Assembly: GCA_051294375.1 (NCBI GenBank)
Contig: CM119270.1
Coordinates: 18,781,546-18,845,545, forward strand
Source of the DNA: Paraspadella gotoi
Lineage: Eukaryota > Animalia > Chaetognatha
Direction: 5' to 3'
DNA length: 64,000 nt
The translations under genes were made by a program, and so were the position numbers. This document shows positions 24,860 to 33,966 of this stretch, in pieces; within the stretch, counting starts at the first letter, position 1; each line of letters opens with the position of its first letter. The notes under the pieces were generated by a model that worked only from the letters and a program-made list of their open reading frames with translations, made no database searches and was not told the DNA's origin.

Positions 24860-24977
24860 CTTCTGTCGGCGCAGGCATCGCGGTCGGTTCCGGTCCATTA
24901 GTCGCCACCGCCTGCGCGGCCGGCGCCGCTTCTGCCGTCTCTATGGCGCCGTCGTTAACGGCGTCGGTGCCGCTCAT
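24860..24977 (-). CDS. Divergent importin-alpha (karyopherin-alpha) exon 1; acidic/Ala-rich, no IBB
   Basis: MSGTDAVNDGAIETAEAAPAAQAVATNGPEPTAMPAPTE, with an in-frame TAA just upstream of the ATG. Donor G|gtgagg, phase 1, matches exon 2. Confidence 0.7.
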
Positions 24978-25365
24978 TTCCGCCCAATTTTACGGCGCTG
25001 ATTTTTTTGCCGTCTTAACGATTTATTTAAATATACCAAAGAAAATATTTATAAAAACGAAACGGATTTAGTCTCGAGAGAGAGAGAAAAATAAATAAAA
25101 TAAATAAAAAAAAGTAGAAAAAAATAAGAAAGGAAAAGAAAATTGCGAAAGAGAGGGGCTACCGAAGCGAAGCTAAGCTACGAACAATTTCTACGCTCTA
25201 ATTTTTCGCGTCGTCATTCGCGAAAAAGTTTGGAAATTAAAAACGGGAATGAAGAGAGATTCTTTCTGACCATAAATTGAGTTTCTTCAAAGGAATTGAT
25301 ATCGAGCCGAATGTGACGAAGGAAAAAAAACAAGGTTCTTTTTGTAAACAAAGAATATACGATCT

Positions 25366-25525
25366 CATGACAACTGTGGGAGTTGCCTGTGACACATCGG
25401 GAGCGGGGTATCTCACTTCGAATCCTCAGAGACCGACTGTTATCACAGGAATTTTTAAACTGGTCCGATCATACTAGAGACAGAACAGTAGAGATTTCTT
25501 TTCTTTAGCCTGATTAGCCATTAAG
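25366..25525 (-). mobile_element. tRNA-derived SINE remnant (copy 4)
   Basis: ATGACAAC..GTTGCCTGTGA..GGGTATCTCAC and TTTAGCCTGATTAGCCATT match the two ends of copy 2. Confidence 0.5.
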
Positions 25526-26073
25526 CGCGGAGAGTGGCGAGGTGTGCCGTCGAAATTTTGTTTATTTTTACTTTGGTTTTGATTAAATGATTAAAATTCT
25601 AACTAACTCCATTTTTCTTTCCCTGTTTGAAACTATTCCTCCAGAAAAAAATAACCTGTTTTTTAAATTAAACAATGTAATGACGTAATAATTATTCAGT
25701 TATGTACAACATCAATATACAGAAATCAACACGAAAGCGAATTAGTTTTCTGGCTTTCAAGTTCCGTTATTATATACTTCAATATTTTTTAAAAAATATC
25801 TTATTCAAAGCATTTTTTTGGTTTTGGGTGGAATGTCATTTATCTTCGGAGTGTGATCACTTTTTTTTTTAAATAAAAAATTAATTTTCAATTACAATTG
25901 CACCTTTTTTAGAATAATTAGTCATCATTAAAAAAGCAAATAGTTTTTTCTTTAAATGAAATGAAACAGCACCTAAAAGTAAATAAGAAAAATACATTAA
26001 AAGCTTCGTTTATTTTTGTTTAAAGCCGACAAGAAGCAAAAACGAAAGGAAAATGTCGAATATACATTTTTTG

Positions 26074-26161
<88 letters not shown>

Positions 26162-27278
26162 AATTGGCGCACGATAAGCTTAGTTTTATTCTTGTCATAA
26201 ATAGATTCCTAACACACATTTTGCTCGGACAATTATATTTTATTTATGAATTCGTACCTAAGGAATTTAGTATTAATATTAATTAAAAAAAACAAACCTG
26301 GCGACGAGAATTTTTGGAGAAAAAGATCATGGTACAGTGAACGCGTCGATGGATCGTCAAACAGTGTGCGACTTTATCTTAATGCACTGTATATTTACAA
26401 TTTATGCAGTGAAGAGAGAGATTGTTCGATACAAATTTATCAAATATTGTTTATTTTTGTCGTTGGTTTTAATTTTTTTTTGTTTCTCTTTCTCGGGTTT
26501 AAAAAAATAATATTCATTTATTTTAAAATATCCCGCCATGACTAGGAATCGAAGATTTAAAAAAAAAAAAATGATGGAAAATCGAGTTGGTCGAAAAAAA
26601 AGAAATTTGGGGGGGTGGAGTTGGGGGAGGGAGTTGTTTGGGAATGGGGGGGGGGACACGCGTACACGTCGGTACGAAATGCGATGGGGAAAAGTAGTTG
26701 GGTGGTTGGGTGGTTGGGTGGATGGGTTGAAAAATGGACAGAGATGAGAGACGCCAAAAAAAAAAAAAAAAAAATGAAGAAAAAATCGTGACGAAAAATT
26801 ATGAAGAAAATAAATTTTTATGTATAAATTATTTCTAATATATCTACAAATACAATCGTACTTAAGAAAAATTGATTTAGCCAAAAAAAAAAGCTACTAT
26901 GTTCGCTCTAAAAAATTATTCTTACAACGTTCAGACAACGTAGTACATTGTTATTGTGTTTTTCACGCTAAACGTAAGACAGCATTTGATCGAATTGCGT
27001 ATATAAATATATCATTTTTAATCTGAAAGACTTAATCTCGTTTATATATGATGTCATGTCATGTCGTGTCATGTTAAGCGCCCTTACAGCATCTGTCCTC
27101 CAACGCGCAGACTGATTTCAAGATGAAAAAAATAATCTGGATGGCGGGAGGGGGGAAGTGGGGGGGGGAGAAGGAGAGAGGGAGATAGGGGGGGGCACAC
27201 GAATGAAAGGGAATGGGGTCACAAATCGGGACAAATCACAACAATCCGGAAATTTAAAAATATAAAAAAGACGCGAAA

Positions 27279-27388
27279 AGCTGATTGGACGTCGACGACG
27301 GCAAGCTGATTGGACGCTGAAGCCTGAAGCTGATTGGATGTCGACGACGACAGCTGATTGGTCAATTAAGCCGAAAGCTGATTGGATG
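27279..27388 (-). promoter_or_regulatory. Array of five CCAATCAGCT (inverted CCAAT-box) motifs at 24-25 bp spacing
   Basis: CTGATTGG at 27281, 27306, 27330, 27354 and 27378. Regulatory role is inferred only. Confidence 0.4.
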
Positions 27389-27906
27389 TCGTCGCGAAAC
27401 GATGATTGTTTATTGTTTTGTTTTTGCTTTTCTTGCAGCGTCGACCGCCGACGAAGATTGTCGGCGCCGGCAAAGGATGCCGACGCTCGTTTTGCCAATT
27501 TTGGCCGGATGCCGGATGCCGGATGCCGGATGCCAGATTCGATGGGAAAATCGGCGTCGAGGCCGGAAGATTCTTCTCTTCTTTTTTTTCCGTTGCCATT
27601 TCTGCCGGAGAAATGGTCAGTTCCGGTGGGCAGAGAAATTGGTTGTGGGAAGGATATTGGAGGAAATGAGAGATATGATAGACATGAAAGGCGAAAAGGT
27701 GGGAGGTGGGAGTGATAGAGCGGGAGGAAGCGATAGCGAGAGAGAGTGAGTGCAAAAATAATTTCGTCGGTTATTTTTCGGCGACGTGAAAAAAAAGGGA
27801 GATCGGGTGATGGTCCGATTTAAAAAGGAAAGTTATCGAAATGAAGCGAAGAGAGAGAGAGAGAGGAGAGAAGAGAGAGGAGAGAGAGAGAGAGAGAGAA
27901 AGGAGA

Positions 27907-27947
<41 letters not shown>

Positions 27948-28060
27948 TGACGAGAGGCGGCGGAGTGCTCGTTCCGGGTAAGGCTCTTTTGGGTTGGGTG
28001 AGTAGTTGGAAGGAAGGTCGCGATGACCGGAAGTGGGCGCGCCCTGTCTTTTTAGTTCCG

Positions 28061-28094
<34 letters not shown>

Positions 28095-28131
28095 GCAGGG
28101 TGTGTGCGAGTCTGCGCTGACTGGAGTCTCT

Positions 28132-28211
28132 TTAGACAAACGTTGTAACCGCGCGGTTGTTGTTGCTGAGTTGAACGGCGTTGCCCGTCACGCCGAGATC
28201 CACGTCCGTGC
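28132..28211 (-). CDS. Nrg: Neuroglian/L1CAM-family terminal exon with class I PDZ-binding end (TTFV*)
   Basis: taaaag|GC ACG gives GTDVDLGVTGNAVQLSNNNRAVTTFV*. Phase matches the FIGQY exon, and the end resembles the long Nrg isoform. Confidence 0.75.
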
Positions 28212-28534
28212 CTTTTAAAGATGGGGAGAGTGGAGGGAGGCATGGGGGATGTTAGAACTTAGAATGCGAATGAATTGATAAAATAGAGTTAATATTAATT
28301 GAAATAACTGTAGCTGTAAGGGTCACTGCAAATATTAAGTATTAGTCTTTTCAATTGAATTTAATTAATTTAATTTGAACATCAATCAACGTGTATCATA
28401 CCTTCTAAACCATTTCCCATCCTAGTAAAATACGCATGAAACGTTTTTAATATCAATCGTTATAAAAATTGTCAGTTTCCTCTTTCTTCTTTTTTTCTTT
28501 CTTTCCTTTTTTTTCAATTCCTCCATTTTCCTCC

Positions 28535-28965
28535 TTCTATCCTCCCTTTTTCCTATCCTATTATCCTCCCAATTTCATCTTCTTCTATTATCCCCTTTTC
28601 TTATCCTATTATCCTCCCAATTTCTTCTTCTTCTATCTAACCCCTTTCTTATCCTCTTATCCTCCCCAATTCTTCTTCTTCTATCTTCTCTTTTTCCTAT
28701 CCTCCTATCCTCCCAATTTTTTATTCTTCTATCCTCCCCTTTTCCCTTCCTATTATCCTCCCCTTTTCCTCTCCTCCTATCCTCCCCATTTCTTCTTCTC
28801 CTATCCTCCCCATTTCTTCTTCTTCTGTCTTCCCCATTTATTCTTCTTCTATCCTCCCCATTTCTTCTACTCCTATTCTCCCCATATTTTCTTCTCCAAT
28901 CCTCCCCTTTTCCTATCCTCCTATCCTCCCCATTTTTTCTTCTCCTATCCTCCCCATTTCTTTTT
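28535..28965. repeat. 24-bp pyrimidine minisatellite (about 17 copies) in the Nrg intron
   Basis: TATCCTCCCCATTTCTTCTTCTCC-like units. These generate the spurious YPPHFFFS / RRRNGEDR ORFs. Confidence 0.85.
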
Positions 28966-29171
28966 CTCATCACATCCTTCGCTTAAATTCTCATCTTATC
29001 TAACGAAGACTCGTCCTCTCACCCCAGACCCGTTATATCCTGCTTCCCTCTCGCCCGCCCGAACGTCAGTCGAAGACCGGCCTTACTTCTTCGGTCAAAA
29101 CTTTCCCTTTTCATTAATTCACCTTCATCTTCCCCCCACACCCCTCTCTCCTCCTCCCCCACCCCACTGAC

Positions 29172-29350
29172 CTGTGTTGCTTCGCTTCTTATCAGGGCCG
29201 TATTGTCCGATGAAGGAGCCGTCCTCGTTAAACTTGCCCCCCTCCCCGTCCCCGTAGGCGGCCAGGGAGTCCGCGTCCGACTCGACCGGCTTCAAGGATC
29301 CGTTGAGGGATCCTTGACTTCCTCGGTGCAGCAGGTCTTGGTCGTCCTCC
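29172..29350 (-). CDS. Nrg: Neuroglian/L1CAM cytoplasmic exon with ankyrin-binding FIGQY motif
   Basis: EDDQDLLHRGSQGSLNGSLKPVESDADSLAAYGDGEGGKFNEDGSFIGQYGPDKKRSNT, the diagnostic L1-family tail. Phase 2 to 1. Confidence 0.95.
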
Positions 29351-30049
29351 CTGGGATTTTTATTTGGAGGGGGGGGGAGATGGAGTGGGGAAAGGAGGGA
29401 GAGGGGTTGGGGAGGGAAATGAAAAAAAGAGAGGTTGAAAATTTGGATTTAGAACAGAGGAGAGGAAAGGAAGGAAAGGAAAGGAAAGGAAGGAAAGGAA
29501 GGAAAGGAAGGAAGGAAAGGAAATGTAAATATGCAAACCAGGCGAGGAATTAATGCCCCTGACAGGTAACGTATGAGAGACAGGCTAATAAAGCTTCTCG
29601 TCAGGCGAGACAGGCTTTTAAAGCCTCTCGACAGGCGAGACAGGCGATTTAAGCCGCTATTTCTAGCAGAAAAGACAGGCCCTGATCTCTCGCTTAGACG
29701 TCGGAAGGAAAGAGAAAAGGAATCAGACAACCTGATTCACTGTATTCAGTTTTATATTCACGATTCCCGTGAGACGAAGAGAGAGTTTGAATCTGCATAT
29801 ATTCACTCGCGGGAGTCACGTGAGAATCTCCCTTCACTCTCGTTTCCGGCAAAACATTCACACTCACAAACCGAAGCTTCGCGCGAGTCACGTGACGAGT
29901 CGCTTCACATTTTCACATTTACATTTTTTTGGACTCGTCGTTTCGAGTTACATTTTTTCTCGTCTAAATGCAACAAATTCGCGTCTCAACTCTTTCCTTT
30001 TCGGACGGAGGATTATTGTTATGAGTTAATTTTCAGTCGGTCGGTCTCT

Positions 30050-30224
30050 TTCCTTCTCTTCTCTTTTCATCTCTTCTCTTCTCTTCTCTTCTCTTCTCAT
30101 CACTTCTCTTCTCTTCTCTTTTCATCTCTTCTCTTCTCTTCTCTTCTCTTCTCTTCTCTTCTCTTCTCTTCTCTTCTCTTCTCTTCTCTTCTCTTCTCTT
30201 CTCTTCTCTTCTCTTCTCTTCTCT
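30050..30224. repeat. (CTCTT)n microsatellite at an Nrg intron donor end
   Basis: Direct observation. Confidence 0.95.
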
Positions 30225-30230
30225 ACTCAC

Positions 30231-30306
30231 GTTCTCGTGAATTCTCCGAGTCCAGCTTCACCGTCGCGTTCGGGATCGTAACCCGCTTCTTGTTCCTTCT
30301 TTTGCA
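30231..30306 (-). CDS. Nrg: Neuroglian/L1CAM juxtamembrane cytoplasmic exon
   Basis: caacag| VQKKEQEAGYDPERDGEAGLGEFTR |gtgagt. 76 bp, phase 1 to 2. Confidence 0.88.
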
Positions 30307-30592
30307 CTGTTGAGGGAAAGAAACAAAACAATTAGCAAATTAGTTTAAAACTAAATTAAATAATTCATACAAAGTTTTAAAGTCACTAGTAACATTAGCG
30401 AGAGTCATACGCAGTCCTCGGAAACACGAAGTCTGTGAAGAATTCAATAATTAAATAATATAATAATATATATAATAATATTAATAATTAAAGAAATGAA
30501 AAGTAATAGATATTATGGATATATACATTCAAAATATCTTTTTCACGATTGCCAGCGTTCAAAACTACAAATTGCATTTTATATCGAATAAA

Positions 30593-30752
30593 CGATAGTA
30601 ACGATGATGATGATAGTGATGACGATAACGATGATGGTGATGTTGAAAATGATGATGATTATGATTTCGGTGATAATGATGATGACGATGTTGATTATAA
30701 TGAAGATGATGACAATGAGTATGGTGATGATGATAAAAATGATGCTGATGTC

Positions 30753-30806
<54 letters not shown>

Positions 30807-31066
30807 AATTGAGAAGAGATATCGAGTCGTCAATTCTTGTGCTTCTCGTCGATAAAAACGACGAAGCTTAACGTGATATTCGATGCCGCTTCTCATGCCT
30901 GAGATAACCTACGATGACGACGACGATGATGATGATGATGATGATGATGAAGACGACGAAGATGACGATGCCAATAAAGACGACGACAACGACGATGTTG
31001 TAATGAGAAAGATGACGACGACGACGACGACGACGCCGACGATGATAATAACGATAACGACGAAGA
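30593..31066. repeat. (GAT/GAC)n trinucleotide tracts in the Nrg intron
   Basis: Direct observation; these lie between two phase-matched Nrg exons. Confidence 0.9.
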
Positions 31067-31082
31067 CATGAATGCGACTCAC

Positions 31083-31205
31083 CAGGATATCTGCCGCCTC
31101 TGCTTCGTTTGATGAGACAGACGATGATGAGGATGATGATCAAGAGGATGATGATGCACATCAAAACGATGAACCAGGTGGCGTAGGCGAACTTGGTGTC
31201 CGGAC
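31083..31205 (-). CDS. Nrg: Neuroglian/L1CAM transmembrane exon
   Basis: [40 protein letters not shown], matching WFI...C.I.R.RGG.Y. 123 bp, phase 1-1. Confidence 0.93.
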
Positions 31206-31826
31206 CTAAGGGTTGTGGGCGGATGGGTGGGAGGTTGTTGGGGGGAATGGCGTGGGCAGGTCGTGGGTAATGAGAGAGTCGGAGGGGGGGATGTGGACGA
31301 TTAAAAAAAGGGGAAAAAAGAGTTATTTACGAGAGACGAGCGAGGTAATTGAATCGGGTGAGGGCGAAGGGAAGGTGAGTTAACGAACTCGACGGTCGAA
31401 GAATCTCGTGAAAAAATGGGTAAGGCGATGGGGGAATTTATAATTAAAGGATATCGAATTAAACTTAGATTAAAAACCAAAAAATTAATAATTTCATGAC
31501 AAACCAAACTTTTTTATAAATGAGAAACGAAAAGAAAAATACATATATATTATTTATATTTATAAACATCGCGTGAAGAAATTTCTATGAAAAAAAAATG
31601 TAACGGAATTAAATTATATATAAAATGACGAACAACTCATCGGGTTTATTTTTAATTATTCTTTAGCAACATTAAAACAACGAAAATAATTAAGTAACGA
31701 ATTCTCTGTATCAATGTATCATCACAGAGTATGAGTTCAGAAATGCCGTCGACTTCGGTTTTTCTCTTTCTCACGAAGAAGTTCCGCAATCATCCCTGTT
31801 GTCTGTCTGTCTGTCTAGTCAACTCA

Positions 31827-31911
<85 letters not shown>

Positions 31912-31919
31912 CTCTCTAC

Positions 31920-32186
31920 CTCCGTCGGTGGCGCTACCGACGCGAATTTCGACGCCGCCATCGTCGCGTTGACGACGGCGCCGTCATCCAAGCATTTCCG
32001 GTTCGGCGTCGGGCGCGGCGTCGCATCTGCGGCGTCATTTCCGCCGGCGTCGCCCGACTCGATCGCCGGATCGTTTTCGCCGGAGGTGGCGCCGACGCCG
32101 AGATCCGTCTCCCCGTCGATCTGACGTCCCGGCAGATTTTCCGGAATCCCTTCCACCGGATCCGGCATAAGATCGTCGGATGACAT
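31920..32186 (-). CDS. Candidate acidic first coding exon upstream of the neuroglian TM exon
   Basis: ACAATG start and an 89-codon GC-rich ORF (MSSDDLMPDPVEG...) ending at GAG|gtagag. Phase 0 as assembled; needs one net indel to join the phase-1 TM exon. Confidence 0.45.
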
Positions 32187-32187
32187 T

Positions 32188-32218
<31 letters not shown>

Positions 32219-32672
32219 TTTTTTTCGATCGTTTAAATAATTTGTTTAAAGAAAATCGTTCCGAAAAAAAAAAAAATTATGTCAATAATCGGCAACGGAT
32301 GGCAGAGGTGGCAACGAATGACTGGCAGAAAAATCTCTCACAGATGGCAAAACTGATCACATCCGACTCAAGAAGGCAACGAAGGCAGAAGCGGAAAACC
32401 TCTCGGCAGACAGAATTAAGTTTTTCCTTTTTTTTTTTGGTAGTTTTTTAATTTTGTATGTTTTGATATATATATAAAGAATTCACGGGATTGGAGGATT
32501 TCGGAAAGACGCGACCGACCAATCAGGGAGTCGAGAATTTCTCCTCGCGACGTGGGGTGTTTTTGAGGTTGGGGTGGGGTTTAAAAAATGGAGGAAGGGG
32601 GATTTCGGCCGCTGGGGGACTGAAGGGGGAAAGTCTTTTTTTTTTCGATAAAGAGAGAGAGAGAGAGGAGAG

Positions 32673-32713
<41 letters not shown>

Positions 32714-33841
32714 AGAGAGAGTCAAGGCTGCGTGACGAATTACATTCGATTTCTTTGACACAAATGGTTTTCCGTTATTAACGCTGAATTTAGTCGACGA
32801 AGGCGCCAGAGGGGGGGGGTGCAGTAAAAAAAAGGAGGAAGGCGAAGGGGGGGAGGAAAGCGAGGGGAGACCAAACTAATGCGGGGAGGTGGGATTGTAT
32901 CTCTTTTATGAGAGACAAGGAGCGTGAGAATCTAGGGCGCGCCGGAGATTGACTTTCTCACGAAAGTGCGAGGCTGTGATAAGTTTTTTTTTTTATAAAT
33001 GACGGTTATTCTTTTCATCCCTTTATGTTATTTTAGATATTTCGATTTGTGTCGTGATTTTGTTATTTAAACAAGTATTCTTCTTTATAAAACGAGGTGG
33101 TTTTTACTTCCTAATCATTAATTAAGCTCTATTTAAATTCACTCAACATTATGTAAAGAAACTATTCGTTTTGTGGCGTTGAAATCTCTGACGTTTGAAG
33201 CGATGAAAATTAAGGACATTGGGCTTGAAAAGATTGGCCTCTTGAATATCGGCCTCGAGGTGATTGGGGCGCGCCTTTCGTTTCCGGTGGAATCGATCGT
33301 CAACGGGAGGATCGAGCGTCTCGCGTCCGACGAGCGACGCTTCGTCGTCGGACGTTGAGGTTGACGTCAATGTCGTCATCTTCTGAGTTCTGATTCGTCG
33401 AAATTTACGATTGAATATGACGATGATTGGTGCATGGAAATTTTAAAACTTGATAGTTAAAAGTTAATATATTAGACTTAAAAAATATAAACTATAATGT
33501 TATATTATATTTTTATTGCTTGATTTTTTTATAAATCGCAATCATTGTCAAAACCAAACTCTTGGCACATATATATTACGGCTTTTGACAAACTCTTATT
33601 CATTTATTCATTTATTTTTTAGTTCAATTTATATAAACTCGATAACGATGATCTTTTAAAAACGAAAACATGCATTTTGATTTTATAACTAACGAATAAT
33701 ATATATATTTTTTGGTTGTGACTCTTAAAAAAAGTAGCTGAAAAACCTCGAAAAGCAAATGGTTCGAAAACTGAAACCCGCGGCAAAAATCCTCGCGAGA
33801 AATTGTCACGACCCTTGCCATATTTTTGCTAAGTGCGTCAT

Positions 33842-33874
<33 letters not shown>

Positions 33875-33899
33875 NNNNNNNNNNNNNNNNNNNNNNNNN

Positions 33900-33961
<62 letters not shown>

Positions 33962-33966
<5 letters not shown>

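Noticed and set aside
27279-27388. CRISPR-like repeat-spacer appearance
   Set aside because: The repeat is only about 10 bp, spacers are related to each other, the context is eukaryotic and there are no cas genes.
29810-29905. GTCACGTGAC / GTCACGTGAG palindromes (CLEAR/USF-like) in the Nrg intron
   Set aside because: Short motifs with no supporting evidence; similar TCACGTGA words occur elsewhere in the window.
30549-31071. Poly-Asp / poly-Met / poly-Ile ORFs
   Set aside because: (GAT)n microsatellite inside an Nrg intron bounded by phase-matched exons.
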